Below are positions 10,949 to 25,921 of a DNA stretch of 64,000 bases, piece after piece. A program made the position numbers and the translations under genes. This DNA comes from Trichosphaerium sp. ATCC 40318 (lineage: Eukaryota > Protista > Tubulinea), in the NCBI GenBank assembly GCA_038496445.1, contig JALMLS010000374.1, positions 62,001-126,000 on the forward strand. Direction: 5' to 3'. The first letter of the stretch is position 1. Every line of letters starts with the position of its first letter. The notes beneath the pieces are model-generated. The model saw only the letters and a program-made list of their open reading frames with translations. It was not told the origin of the DNA and ran no database searches.

Positions 10949-13900
10949 CTACATATCATAAGGTCTCATAATAAATCTTCCATCAGACCCACATGAAAAT
11001 ATAGCATCTTGTGACGCAACTAGCTTCATAACCTAAAAATTGTCACAACAAATTGAACAAAAAAAAAATGAAAAGGAAAACTAGTACGTACACCAAACGT
11101 TGATACTGGCGCTTTAAAAACACCTCCTGTTCGAGCTACAAATGTACGTTTAGCATGTACATCTTGCCACGTTTCTGCCACTGACATTACAGGAAGACTT
11201 ATGAACTAAGAAGCAGATAGTAAGTACAACAACACAAAGACAAACTAAGAAAAAAAAAAGAATAGCAAAAGCTTAAACCCCATCTTCAGACTCCTTACCT
11301 TGCAACTTCCATCTGTAGATCCAGAAACAATAAATTTTTGTGAGGGCGCAAGAGACAGTGTCTTAACGTTTAATTCATGGACTTGTATCTCTTTTCTTAT
11401 TGTCCTCTGACGTATATCAAAAACAGCTACTGTTCCTTTCTTCCCACCAGTGTACAACTCTTGAAATCTTGAGCTATACTGCGCACAAGTTGCGCCTCCT
11501 TCATGTGATAAACAAGAAGCAACGAGGTTACGACCATTAGGTAATAAAGAATCCCATAGCTTAATATTATGAGTATTACTAGAATGACCAACCTACAAAA
11601 AGTATTAAACTACTTCAACCCATCTTCAATTCAGAATTGAAAGCAACAAAAAAAAATCAATCGTACTGTTGCGAAGAAGCTTCCAGAATTGAGAAAAGCC
11701 ATATCTTGAGCACGTCTATCATGGCAAGAAACTCGCTAATTAAATATAAGTGGCAGTAGGGACAAAAGGCAGAAGATTTTGAAGAGTAAACTCTTTGTAG
11801 AGCAGAGCCTAGATGGTGCAGTATTCACATGATTAAACAAAAACATGGCGAAACTCTATATGATATTGAAAGTGTACCATATAAGCGTCTGTATTATGAG
11901 AGTCAAAAGCCCACATGGTAATATATCCGCTTGTATCCAAGCCACAAAATTTTGATCCTACAAAAAAAAAAAAAAGTAAGACTTTCAATGCCTCTTACAT
12001 ACGCACTATCACGTGATAGTTTATTTCAAACCGTACCAGTACTATTGACACGTATTCTAGTTACTCTAGGTTTACCAGAAAGTGTGTAATCACTTAAAGG
12101 AGAGGCAACACCAAACTGCCACAAGTTGACATTTCCAGAAATACCACCTGAGAAATCTAACAAAAAGAAGTAAGCTTTAAGTCTTCTTGTCTACGAACTA
12201 GTATGTCAAGCGTACAGTATGGCCCTTTAGGATGTGGTTCAAGCCATAATACAATCTTATCATGGTCTACATCAACATATGCTCCATCACCTTGAGAGTC
12301 CATAGACATCGATAAAGAATCATGAATATTTACAGAAGAAGATCCAAGATTCCTTAATGAGCTTTTCTTAAGCCTTGGCGAGCTTTTTTCAAAGTTAGGC
12401 TTATTTCTCTTTGGATGAGGCTATCAATTAACTGTTAGTGATAATCATACCATATAAAGAATGAATGTTTTCGCGTACAGATGAATTTGGTGTATCATTA
12501 AACTCTATCCTTGAAACTGCTGCTATATTAACATTTGCAACAATAGCATCTCTTGGTAGTATCTTTACTTCTCTTATACCACGCATAGTACCAATAGCAA
12601 CCAATGTAGGATCAACTTGATTGATGGCAAATGTCTGTAGCATATCTTTATCACGATGAACAAGATGAGGTGTGCCCCACTTAACTTTTGAGATATCACT
12701 TAACCTAGCGTTACTGAAACCTTCAGCAACTGATTCTTCGATCTAGAAGAATTTTTAGTTAATATTACAGTTCTGAGGGAAATGTTAGGTCGTACTTCAT
12801 GCGGGATAAGCGCTTGTTGATCGATGAAATCGCGTATATGATCCAAGGAGAGCAAAAAGTTTGTCATAGCTTGATATTCTGGAGCCTATTGCTTTTTTTA
12901 GGAAGTGTACGAGAATAGAGTGTTTGTATATCATTATTATCGTACCTGTGCGCGAGGAGAAGCCTGAAGCACATATCCCAAAAAGTCATTATCATCCATA
13001 GGCATGTGCGTGTAGGCTGATTTGCCTGTAAAGAAATAATAAGGTTGGGTTTTTGTGGATGTGGAGTTTTTCTTTTAACGCACCACGCAGTGTGTTTAGA
13101 AGAGCTGGTGGATAGATGTGTATAGACAAATATGATACCCATTCTTTAAGATACTTGATAATGAGCAGGTATAATTCAGACTCTATAAATTCAGACGTTA
13201 ATAAAAAAAAGAAAAAAGCAGCAAGTTTTGTGTTCTGGTCAACTTACGCTCAGTAGGCTTTGTATGTAGTATCATGTGCATAAAATTATACGCCATAAGA
13301 AGATCCATGAGTCTGTTTAAAAATGATAGTATACGTGGATTATTTTTAATCTCCTCAAGAATACCTACACAATGAACCCAAAACGTAAGAAAGGATAGAA
13401 AAAACGACATCAAAAAATATAAATTGTTTTAAGTTTCAAGTGTTTTATCTCGTACCAGATTCATCGTCCTCGATACTTTCAGGTGCTTCATCACCACTTG
13501 ATTTTGAGTCCGAATCTTTAACATTTTCCTCAATGACTGGAGGTATCTGACCAATCTTGACGCCATTCAAAATAGCAGCACATGTCCTGAAATCAGGTGA
13601 ATGCCATCCAGCTGCAAACAACCCAAGCTAAGACAATCGTAAACATACCATCTTTTTAACACCTTTACTACTAAAACTTACTTTAATTGCAGCCTTGATC
13701 TCAAGTTTAATATGTGAAGGCAATTGTCTAGGGACAGCAGCAGCCCAAACTTCCCTTAACACAAAACGATTAAGCAAAGGCTTTTTTTTTTCTCAGAAAA
13801 AAAAGTGTTCATCAACGTACCGTGTCAAAGTATCGATTCGTTTTATATCGGCCACAGATATTTCCTTACTTATAGCATTCTAAAAAAGGTGTTAAACACG

Positions 13901-16900
13901 CTCACTGCCAAATAAATCAAAAAAAAGGCATACCTTTGCGATTGGTGTCAATTTCTTAACTGTCGCTCTGATTATATCAATACTAGACTCTTTATCTCCA
14001 AGCATGAGTTCTTGAGAAAGGTAATGATATTGGTGGCAATTCCTATCGCATAATTAATCAAAATTAAGCTACTCCAAGGGCACAGTTTGAAGCAAGTACA
14101 TAAAAAAAAAGATTGTAGACAAAAGAATCCGATGGATTACCTTATCAGTTGTGCACTTAGATTTCCTTTGTCGATAGCCAACATTTCACATATTGTATCT
14201 ATATCTTCCTTGAGTGTAGGTCCTTCTTCTCCTTCAGGCACACAGCGAACCTCAGCACATTCCTACAATTTTAAATACTAAAGAAGAACACTAGCTTAGA
14301 CGAAACAAAGCGTACTTGTTTGAGGTACTGTAGCGCTGATATAGTATATGTAACATGTCTTAGCTTCTCTTCAACCTTTTTAGCAATGATACCAGTTGAT
14401 TCTAATGCGAGATTCCTATATATCATCTAAACAATAAATTTAGTAAACGCAACTTTTTCAGCCGGAAAATCTCAAGTTCGTACCGCTTGTTCTAGGGCTA
14501 ATCTGGAACATCCTGACCAGGTATAAGCATAAGTAGCTCTCTTCAACATCAAAGACTCCATTTCAGCAAAATTGAATACCTTCAGACGCGGATGATTTCG
14601 TAGAAAGTTAAAAATGTGAAAAGTAGTTGGGTTGAACATAATAGTAGATTTTCTCATATCAACAGCCAACTCTTCAGCCTTTGTACCACCAAGAACCTCT
14701 GTACTACGTAACCGCCTTGGCTTTAATACATCAACAGCTTCCTTTTCCCTCTTACGTATCCAATGAACAACAGATTTAAGAGCCTTGTCATCATTAGAAC
14801 AAGCACGCTTTAGAATGTGTTCTTCAAGAATATTATTATATGTCTCTTGAGAAGGTTCATATAACTTTGATATAAATAAAGCAAGGTTGATATCATTCAG
14901 TTTGTTGATACATATATCCACAGCATCCTTTATCCTATCTCCAAGAATAAAGAAGGCAGCAGCCATAGAAAACCTTTGTTTTCCCAAGAGGACAAAGGCA
15001 TTCTTTTGAGCAGCTGAACGCCAACGTGGAAGAGCAAAGTTATTGTTTAAAAACTTTGCAACATTTGCGAATCTGTGTTCTTCTCTTGATAGAGCTTTAT
15101 AGAATTGAAGTACAGCATTCTTCTTTCGCAGAGCCAAGTAGTATAATATGCAAGTATCAGGATCCCTTGTCTTTTTAAAAGCGGCACTGCAAGAGAAAAA
15201 AAAAGTTAGTAAAGAAGAGAAAAAACTGACTTCTCGCGTCTGTTAATTAACGTACCGAGCTAGTTTATCACATAATTCAATGAGAGTAGGCTGGTGGGTA
15301 CACCACAGTGGTATTTGTAGATAACGGACCGTAGACCACTCAATGTCATCTGTGCCAATGCAGTAGTCAACTAAAAGAAAAGTCAAAAAAATCTTAACAA
15401 AAAGCGGAATCACTTCAGTGGTTCAATAAAATATTTCTTCTCGTTATATAGTCTTAGTCAGTACCTAACTGTTGAGGTGCTTCACTAAGAAGTGCCCATA
15501 CTACAATTTCGCTAGGTACATCTCCTTTAGCGAACCCAATTTTCTTCATATACAAAAACTGTCTTATCATCAACCAATAACGTAATCCACATGCATCCAA
15601 AGACCCTTTACCTGATCCTGCTTTACCAAGAGTATCGATAATAGCAAGAAGATGTAAATGATCACGCCCTTGAATACCTGGAAGCTTAGTAGATGACCTA
15701 AAAAGAACTATCAATACCACAACTTTTTTTTTCGAATATAAAATACTTACAGTAGTGTAGATAGCTCTTCTGAATCTCTCTCTGAATAAGACACCGTAAC
15801 AGAAGCAGTATGCATGAGACCTGAGACCTCTTCTTTTCCACCTGAGGTATCATCTAATTCAGATCCAAAGGTATCTTCATCGTCGCTTTTAAAAAAAATA
15901 AGCACCTCAGCAGAAAAAACTTTACACATTGCAATGTTCAAAAACGGGCCATAAATTTGCCACTGTAAATAAAGTAGCACTACAGTAAGGCTCCCTTAAG
16001 AAAGTAATGTATCCTTTAAAAAAGATTGTACCTAAACTTAATCTCATAGTCATCATCAAGATCAGAATCAGCCCAAGGATCATCATCATCAAAAAGAGAC
16101 TCTGCAGTGTCTTTTTTCTTTTCTGGTTTTGATTCAACTTTAGTTTCAGAAGGTGAAGCTTGTGTTGCACTTGTACTAGCGCCAACTGTAACGAATATGT
16201 CAATAAACAACAAAAACAAGAAAATTTATTTTTTTTTGAAAACGAAAAACGTACATGTTATATCAGCTTGTTTACCTTCCTCTACACCCTTCTCAAGAGG
16301 TTCTGATGGTATATAAGGAGGAGGGAAAACACCACTTGCTTTCTTATCAACAATAAAACTCTGTAGTTGCTTTAGAATATCAACAGCTCTTTGGAATTGA
16401 CCAGCCATTATATACTCGCTAATAACTAAGAATAAAATTAGAAAATAACTCATTGGAAATGTACAAGATGAATGAACGTACCTTTAGGATGATAAGAAGG
16501 CAATGTTGTCCTAGCATTAGCTAATGACTGGACCGTCTCAAAAACGTTACTGCCAAGCCATTTTGTATATACTGTTAAATCCCTTCCTGAAGCAACGATA
16601 ATATTACCCTTTACAGCGTTTTAGAAGAAAATCCATTTCAGAAAAAATCTGTATAAAACCGACTTACACAAGCCATAGCAGACATTGCTGTAGGAGCCAA
16701 GTTGGTATTCTCAGTTTTAAAGATTTCCTTCCAATAAGGCCAAAAAGCACCAACGTTATCATTACTAACTTGGACTACAAGAGCAAGTCAAAAGATGTGA
16801 TCAAACAATAACTCAAGCTTACCATAATAACTCAATAAATTATTTTTTGCCAAAACAAAAACATGTGTAGCATCGTATAGTGGTATCCAACCGAATGTTA

Positions 16901-19900
16901 TATTGTCCTTTGTTTCTTGTTCGATATTTATCTTACCTTCCATTCGGTACTGAGGTGCACTCGATTCGGACTGGTTTAAACTCTTAGTCAACACGAAAAT
17001 GTAAAATCATTGCAACTTACCTCCCATATATACACTTGACCGTCTTGAGGTGCATACGTTGCTAAACGGCCAAAATAAGCCATCTAACCTTTGTCAGTGC
17101 GATAAAAAGAGAGTAATGAGTACCTGTATATCACGAATAGGATGCATTGACGCCTTGAAACTAAGCAAAGCTTGTAGTTTCCACCCATCGCGCCTATGAG
17201 CACGTAAACATTTCATAACTTTTTATATTCTATTTACCTATCCATTGTATTTGTTAAGCGCCATAAGCGCACAGTACCATCTTGATGACCTGTGACGAAT
17301 GACAAGAGTTTTTCAGCATCATGATCTGGCTGTGGCAGGTGTTAAACATGGATATTAAATATATTTAAGATGTACCATTGAATGTGCAACTGTAATTGGT
17401 GGCATGGATTTTAATTCATGTGTAGCAATGATACGAGCGCTCTTAGCTATGTTATCTGCTACCTCAATACGCCAAACACACATAGAAGCTGATTTAAAGT
17501 CAGTAAACAAGGTAATACCAAAAACAAAACAGAAACACGTACAGCCATCTTTAGCAACACCCATTACAAGACGGTGACCTTCACCCAATGTGTTAGGTTC
17601 AATATTAACAGGTTTGAAGTATATAGATGGTAATTTATAAATCTTTCCAACGTCAAACCCTGGAGAAGCGGTATCGTCTAACAACACGCCAGGAGAAGTC
17701 TAAAAACGTAATTTAGTTTGGTGTCTCATCAACGTTTGTGACACGTGCCAGCGATAACTCTTTTTTGGTAAGTAACTCTATTGGTAATACTCTTAATCCA
17801 GATTGGTTGCCGCTCATGTACGCATAAACAATACTATCTAATCATCAAGTCAATTCAACGTATGAGTTCGTAAAAAGAACTACATACCTTGACAATCCCA
17901 AGCAAAAGATATAACATCCTCTATTGTATCCATATCCTTTAACACATCAGTAGAATCCGTAATCTAAACAAAGAAGGAAAGGATTAGTTAACTGCAACGC
18001 AAATTTGTGATCAATTATAAAAACGTACTGCAGTGTCTGCAACATTCCATAACGTCAGTTTGTTTAGGCTATCTAGAGAAGCAACAAATTTATTGTTGAC
18101 ATGACTCTTTAATTCAAGTATATCATGTGAATGACCAAAGTATCGACCAATACTCTCACCAACAATTCTAAATAATAACAAACATTAATCCCATTAACTG
18201 CAGGAAAAGAAAGCGCACCTAGAGCTAGACTTATCAAGTTGTCTTAAATCTAATACCCAAGCTTGTAAGCCACTCCTATACACCCGCTTAAAATCAGAGT
18301 AATACATATTTAACATACTGCTCTTCACGCTCCGCAACAACGACAATATGAGCAGGTGTAGGCCCGTCTGGAGTCTTATTGAACCTTAAAACAACACTGC
18401 ACATATCACAGTATGGAATAGAAGGTAAAGAACGCATCTAGATAACATAAAAGTCAGTTCAAATAAAGGAGAATAGTAGCTCGTTAAAACAAAATACTTA
18501 CCAAATACATGTTAAGTTGTAAACCAGGAGGTCCATGTGAGAACCCTTTCACACGCCATAATTTAACATCACCATTCTCTACACCAACAATCCATCCAAT
18601 ACCAACGCCTTCATTACCTACAACACAAAAAAATTTAATGTCAACTTTTAATTGTCCAATTTTACAAAAACAAAAAAAAAATCACGTGCTAGCTTCCTAA
18701 ATTACATTCAGATAAAAAACACGTACGAACGACAGGTAGTTTAGTATGCCTGTGCCTTGAATTTTTCTTTGCGCATACACTATCCCCTCTAGAGTAACTA
18801 AAAGTCTCTCTGAGTGCTTCTATGCTTTCTTGTGCATGTTGTATACCAAGAGAATCTGCTCTTAGCGCCCACCGTAATTTACATGTTGTGCTGACTTGCA
18901 AAGAGCGAACCATCGTGAAAGTCGTTGGTGAATCTATACCACCTCCTAACCAAACGCGTAATTTACCATCCTTACAGAGTGTTAAGAGTCCTTTACGTCC
19001 AATTTTATTAGGTCTCCATGCTATAGATTGCACAGCCCGTGGATGAGGCAAGTACGTAAAGTTATAGCCTTGATAGGACGTCAGCTAACCTAACAGCCAA
19101 AACTTGTTCTTCAACAAGAATTTTAAGTACCTTTTTTTGTTGGAAACCTATGACATGTGTAAGAACTTACATACAAACAAAAAATAATGTAATTGATTTT
19201 TGGATCTAAAATGGACACAATAGTAACTAATAAAAGTAGTGTCACAGCCTCAAAATTTCTTACAACCCCAAAAAAAACCAATCAAAGAAAAAAAGTACTA
19301 AATCACGTACCAAACTTTAGGGAATCTATCATTATTGGCTAGAGTAGCGAACATACCTTCCTTAGGAGCGAATACAACTGTACTAACAGGAGAAGCAAGC
19401 TCAGTGTGCCTATAAAAAAAATTACAAAACAATTTTGAAAGAAATGTAAAAAGACAGCGAAGATTTCTAGATGAATTCTATGACTCATTTTTGAGCGTAC
19501 CACGTTCGTTTTGGGGATGGTTTTGATAAATTCCAAAAACTAATCCCGTTGGCGGCACCAATGACCGCATCGTCGCCTATGGTACTGCTGTTAGCGCTTG
19601 AGAGTGGTTTAAATTTAAATACCGTTGGGCGAGACGGCTAGTGTTGAAAGTTCGCATTTGCTAGTTATTTCTCTGTATTTAGTCCAAGAAATAGCGTTTG
19701 AGGTCTGTTGGGGTTGATAGAGAATAGCACGATTACCTGTAACAATACCAATCTGAAATGTTTAAATAACAGCGCAATAGGAGTAATAACGTACTTTTCC
19801 GCCCACCAAAGATAAAGAAATGTCATTTATTACATCATCGGTTGTGATCACTTGTAGGCACCGCAGACCGCCAGAAAGGATCGTACATGCCTTTCCAGAT

Positions 19901-20064
19901 GCTCTAGCCTATTACACACTGTAAACACTATTTACGTTGCAGAAACCGCCTCATTAGCAACGTACTAATAGTATTTCATCGTCATAAATAGCTATACGCA
20001 ATTGTGCGCTACTTTGAGTTTCTACAGTAGGATACAACCCTGGTATAAATTGCTTTTGATGCAT
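10949..20064 (-). CDS. RAV1: RAVE subunit Rav1 / Rabconnectin-3A (DMXL) homologue, about 40 exons
   Basis: N-terminus MHQKQFIPG, YLPHPRAV WD motif, Rav1p_C signature VAKFLNNNFALPRWRSAAQKNAFVLLGKQRFSMAAAFFILG, and a C-terminal WD40 propeller ending FSCGSDGRFIMRPYDM*. Confidence 0.92.
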
Positions 20065-20249
20065 TTTATGTCATATCCAAAACGTGGGTATTTGGGGTTC
20101 AGTTGTAATAAGTTACTCTGATTTTTTTGTAACAGTTTTGAAATTGTTTGGCTTTTCTCGTTTCATTGCAAATAAAAAATAAAAAAAAGTTGAGTAAATT
20201 ACAAAGCGACGTGTGGAGAAATTGTCTGTTCAGTTATTTAATAATTATA

Positions 20250-22140
20250 ATGAGCGAATTACGCTATCAAAGTATGGCTGAACTAACCATGAACGTTGCT
20301 TTACTACCAGTAATTGCAAACCGACCCATAGAGATGTATGTTGACTTAGCTGAGCGTCTGTTCGTTAAAGTACGCCATGAACCGACTCATGATTCGCTCT
20401 GCTTTTGGGAAAATTGCTCTATTCAACTCATACAAGCTATAGGGCGCCAGTTTTAATGAAATCGGCGACCAAGAAAATGCTTACATCCAATGGGTTACCT
20501 TTCTCACGTACGAGTACATTTCCATCAATTTCATCGGAGCTAGTACACTTTTTCTTTCCAGAATTCGTAATAATGCCGATTTAGATTTATGATAGACCAA
20601 TTACCAACACATCCCTTTTATGACTCTTCTACGCCTAGAATAGTAAACTTATCACAGGTGCGGCGAACAATCATCCTTAAATTTATCCTGAAACCCTCAA
20701 TAATCTCCAGCGCTGTAATGATACTGCTATTGTACTGGAAGACCTAAAAAGAGAGCTATCGCAGAGATACGCCGCAAGAAAATTAACAATACACATGGCA
20801 AACTTACACACAGACTATCAGGTAGCTCTAACGTACTGTTTACCTATATTGATAAAATTTAAGCCCCAAAGCGTCGCACCGAATCGGAACAACGCTATGA
20901 TGTACAGTAGACGCGAACAAATGCACGCACCAAGGTACCAAGCATATCGGGTTTGTTTTTTCTGACCTTTACCGTTTCATTAAAGCCTTTGTCTATCTTC
21001 CCCTAACTGCCTGTAGAGCTCCTATTCACTCTCCAAATATTGTTTTACCACCTCAACACATCATGCCTTCAAACAGAAGCTTTTCCATCGCCAGTCATCA
21101 CCTACCCGTCCCAGGTACGTAAGCAGCGAACCGGTTTTTGTCGTTTGGAAGTTACGAAAAGAAACGCTATTTTAACCCCGAACTTAAGGAGTTCTGCAAG
21201 GAGATGTTTTAAATAGTACCATACAACCTCCCACACCTCAGCCAATACAACCAGCAAGCATACATTTTCATCCTTTGATACAACAAATCAGGGACCACGC
21301 TAAACAAGAAGAAAGTACAGAGGATACTGAAAAGAAGAAGCAAAAGGAGATTGAACTCGCTAATGCGCGAAAATATATGATAGACGACTGGAAAAGACTA
21401 GCCATAGAAAGAGACGCATCTCTTGAGCACTTTAAGTCCTTACCAGCAAACAAAAAAAAATCAACTGCTGAACTGAAAGAAGCGTTTTCTCAAGCTCTAT
21501 CACCACCAAGACACAACACAGAACACGACCCAGCACACCATGAAATGCTTGGTATGTTCCCTAGAATGTGGCCTGACGCTAACAACATGGACACCACGTG
21601 AAGTTGCAAAACAAGCCGAAAAAAAAAGGTGTAAAATAATAAAAAAAGTCAACTTCTAGTTTTACTTGCAACAAAGTACGAAAACGCAATGGACCTCACA
21701 CAACTCGGTAAATTACCAGCAGAAAAGAAGGAAGACCCCAGAATTGCTGGTGGTAGCATGGTAGCTCCAGGTGAACACGGTTTTGATCCAAACTTGGCTG
21801 CTGAAGAAGAGCGCCTACATAGGTATGTACTACAGCGTTTTAGCGTGTAGTATGCTTACTCCTTGTAGACACATGCAAAAAAAGCAAAAAGAGTATGATA
21901 CGTGGAAGACATCAGAACCTGTTGTTGTACATCAACAGAAGGAATCTAGAGATAAAGTAAGCAACCTGAGCAACTTCTTGTTGTCACTTTTCTAACATAT
22001 ATGTAGAGCGTATTCGATAGCACAGGAACACGGAGAGAGAACCACTGATGATTTTATGGTCAATACAAATTCCTAGTGCTTCAGGACGCATAAAACAGCG
22101 CGCAAGCGCCACTAAACAATGTATACGTTATATCTATTGA
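20250..22140 (+). CDS. Protein with N-terminal USP8-dimerisation/AMSH-type MIT-like domain and low-complexity/coiled-coil C-terminus (3' end uncertain)
   Basis: Spliced ...PIEMYVDLAERLFVKGASFNEIGDQENAYIQWVTFLTFMIDQLPTHPFY...LEDLKRELSQRY fits the USP8/STAMBP N-terminal pattern. No protease domain seen. Confidence 0.65.
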
Positions 22141-22185
22141 ACTTATTATGGTACAATAAAAAAAAGCAGTTACAAGCGCTATAAG

Positions 22186-23239
22186 CTACAAAACTGATTC
22201 AAGAAACACCTCAACTCTTCCTGTCAGTTCGTCCAAATTAGTTGGGCAAAGGTACAAATCATTCTCGCAAAAAAGTTGCAAAGCAACTAGTTGCACGTCT
22301 CTAATCTAAATAGTGCTTTAGCAACAACTTAGGTTTTTGTTTTCTCCTTAAGTACCTCACTAGTTGTCCAATCCAATGCAACGATTACAGATGGCACGTT
22401 ACCTGATGCTTTCGAGTACCGCTGAAAGCCAATCAGTGCGTCCTTTTACAAGTTAGTAAACCAAAACTGGTAAGTAATGAGCACCTCAACGTTGTAGGCA
22501 ATCCGCACTATGTCAATTGCTCGTATTTCATAACGAGTAACAAATGATGTAACAGGTGCTATCTCAAGCACGTCAGTTACGAATCTAGATGAAGATTCAT
22601 TTCTATGCTCTGATCCCAACGCTACAGGCAATACAATAGCACTACTATTGCTAAAGCGTAGACGCCGCTCTAAATCGTAAGAGAGCGTAGAAGACGGTTC
22701 AAGAGCGTAAATGGTACAGTCTGTACATGCCTGTGACACCCAAACTATCAATAACGTTAAAAACGCCTACACGTAACGACGGTTTAAATTTTGAGTACCT
22801 GAAAAGTCACCCAAGCATGCTCCAGTATCAATAACGATCGATTTTGGTGTAAACGGTGTATCACCAAGTAAATGATCATAAAATAATATCCGTGATTGTA
22901 AAACGTGATATTTAGGCGCTAATATAAATTGAGGCTCTGAGCGGTATTGATCATTATCAAGCCTGTCACTGAGTAGCGTAATTCTCGCGTCTGCGAACCG
23001 CATTTGTTCTTTTAATTCTTGTATCTGTTTCCCACAAGGCGAGAAGGACGCTCGGTACAGAGTAAGAAATAAAGCATAGATTCCAAGGATGTAAAAGCTT
23101 ATTCTGAGGCAATATACAATTGAAGACGACCTGCTCATATGGCAAAAACACGTTTTCGATAGATGAGTGACTAGGTTCAACAAAAGTCACAATGATTTTT
23201 CTGATGGTTACGTAAGCTGTCTACTTGATCAAGCGACAT
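22186..23239 (-). CDS. Membrane-anchored FkbM-like (class I SAM-dependent) methyltransferase
   Basis: N-terminal TM helix and coiled coil, then SIVIDTGACLGDFS, IYALEP, VLPVALG and IDIVRI. Start codon uncertain. Confidence 0.7.
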
Positions 23240-23438
23240 ATTCTATTACGGGCACAAGTTGCCTGTCTCTTCGAACGTTTTTTTTTTTGTAAATACTGCG
23301 TCTAAACGCTATTGATCCGTTTTCTTTGACTCAAATCGCAACGCCAAGTTCTAAAAACACCGAACGCACTTGTTTAAAGGGGTTATTTACTTTAGTTCAC
23401 ACATGGTGCTACATTAAGGGCACAGGCAAGCCATTAGC

Positions 23439-23996
23439 TTAGCGGTTATCGGTAAGAACGCGAATAATACATCCTAAACCACCAGCAGCCTTAAGGGTGC
23501 TTTCGTGCCATTTGAAAACAGTGTTAGCGCTTTCACCAGTTTGTAGAGCTATACGACGTTAGAGTTAGGGCAATGGAGTTATAAGTGTCTTTTTTTATTA
23601 TTTTTTGAAGCGTACCGAGATAAATGTGGCCCATGAGTTTGTCTAGTGCGTCAGAGTCCAATTTACCAACAGCTGGTTTAATTTCCATAGCTTTGTATTG
23701 TCCAAGTACGTCGCAAGCAACTTTTGCTGCGTCTCCCTAAATAACACAATGACGCTAAAAATTTCGGTGTATAAGGGTTCGTACTCTGATTTGTGGATTT
23801 CTGCAAGCAGTTGGTCGCGTTTTGAGTAGTTCTTCCAAAGCGCTGGACTTGTTACCTCTATTAAACTCCTTGTCAGTAACGGTGTAATTATAAAAAGAGG
23901 TTCGTACGTGTTTAGAGCAGAGTCAACAGCTGAACGCAATTTGTCTACTTTTGCTTTGTACGCAGAGTCAGGGATAGCAGGTTGTTGAAGAGCCAT
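23439..23996 (-). CDS. ARPC5: Arp2/3 complex subunit 5 (p16-Arc), 4 exons
   Basis: Spliced ...LDSDALDKLMGHIYLAL...VFKWHESTLKAAGGLGCIIRVLTDNR* matches the ARPC5 C-terminal signature. Confidence 0.88.
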
Positions 23997-24162
23997 TGTA
24001 ATGTTCTGTTTAAATAAACTACAAACAGTATTGACTCATTTTGCTCAAAAAAAGCACGCAAAAAGTCATGTTATACATACCTCTAGTCTCCATAACACAG
24101 TGAAGTCACGCGAGTTGGAGTTGATAGAATTGTGGAATAATAACACGAGAAGCAACTTCTAA

Positions 24163-25574
24163 ATGCTTTCATTTAAACTGGCTCGTTCACTGCGCGCGAC
24201 TGCTCAATCGCGTAAGGTTACTCGAGCTTCACGCATAAGAGTTAGCGTAAAAAATCATTCTGACTGCATAGATGAGTTCTCAGGTGCGTGTTACAACGCG
24301 CTATACAGTTTTCCTTAGAGTACATTTGACAGCACTGTTCTAAATTTTTTTGACATTTGTGCGTCATAACTCACTGCCTAGGATGGCTTGACGTCCACGA
24401 TGTCGACAACAAAAAGTGCTCACAGTTTAAAAACGTTAGTATTACGCCTGTACTCTACTGACGTTTAAAACAAGGAATTGGACGTTCGATCAGATGCAGA
24501 AGATCCATTAATTGATATAGAACAGTCAAGACTGACAAACGATATTATAGTACCTCGGATGGATGAAATTAAAGGTCACATGCTTGACTACAGGAAAGAA
24601 CTTGATGCAGTCTACAAGAAAAGATGTACGCCTACGATTGTCATTTGTTAAGAATGATGCTCGAATTTTGTGTTAAATATCATGAGATTTCCGAGCGTCA
24701 TTACAATGACGTTAAAATCACGTGTTAAACTGTTTATTTAGTTGACACAAAGTCTTCAGATACAAAACCGGAATGGGGTAAAGTAGACCCTTCCAAGTAT
24801 CCTCTTGATCATAATTTAATGATAAGAGATGGAATCTATCACCAGGCACAAGAATCAGGTGTCTTTGATTACTTTACACACCAAGGCGCTACTTTTAGAA
24901 AAGTTAGAATGATTATTGACGATTCTTACTTTCATCATGCTATACAACTTGGTGATATTTGTGTAAATACAAGTAATGATGTGGGTATAGATTCCGTAAA
25001 CGCAGACGCAGAAAAAGTTGATATTAAACGATGGGATGATATGAAATACAAAAAAATAGCTGACTTTGATCAGTGTAGTACTGTCTCTGAGAAACACTTC
25101 AACTGCCATATTTATCCTAACTTATTATTCCCTACTATTGCACCAATATTCCCTCTTATTTCTATTGATGAAGCAGGGGAGTTAAGCTTCCTATCAGCTC
25201 AATCAGCTGTTTCATTCAAGAGTATGTTAGATGACTATAAACCAGTAAAGAATTTCTTTACCAAAAGCCCTTTTGCGAAGAAGAGAATGCCTACAGTGTA
25301 TCATGATGTTGTTAAGGATTGGTACAAGAAGAATAACTTGAAGAGGACTACAGTATCTATAAATACAAACGAGACACCAGAGTCTATTGTTGAGTTTATT
25401 ACAAAAGAATTGGAAAATAAGACACAAGAAAAACAAGACAAGATAGATTATGTAATGTTTGAGATCGGTATGCAAGTGTTGAGGTTGGTTCAAGCTGCAA
25501 AGCTGAAACCAACACCTGACATAATAGAGAAACTACGACAAGACGGGGAAATACCACAACGTAAACATGTATGA
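24163..25574 (+). CDS. Hypothetical protein with a mitochondrial-presequence-like N-terminus
   Basis: MLSFKLARSLRATAQS is R/S/L/A-rich with no acidic residues. Phase-consistent exons include a 12-nt exon (24272-24283) and a long terminal exon. Family not recognised. Confidence 0.65.
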
Positions 25575-25921
25575 GCGTACAAAATGGTTTTACAACAAAT
25601 AAAAGCTTAAAGTTTTTTTTCAAAATAATTATTTATAAAAATGGTTTGTACTAGTGCACGTGATTATCCTCCTTTGTGGTTTGAGTCACAGCGTGGTATC
25701 TTTTTAACATTCCTAGTTAAGGACTGTTTTCTCTTGCACTTAAAAACGCTCTGAGCAAAACGTTACAACAGATCCCTACAAGCAAGCCTGCGAAGATTAG
25801 ATTACGCTTGGCGGTTATATTACTGTGCGACACAAAGTGCCAAAGTAATTTCAGTGAGCGAACCCTGGTAGTTGCCCTGGTAGTGGTATCACTAGCGTTA
25901 CCAACAATAAACGCTACCAGA

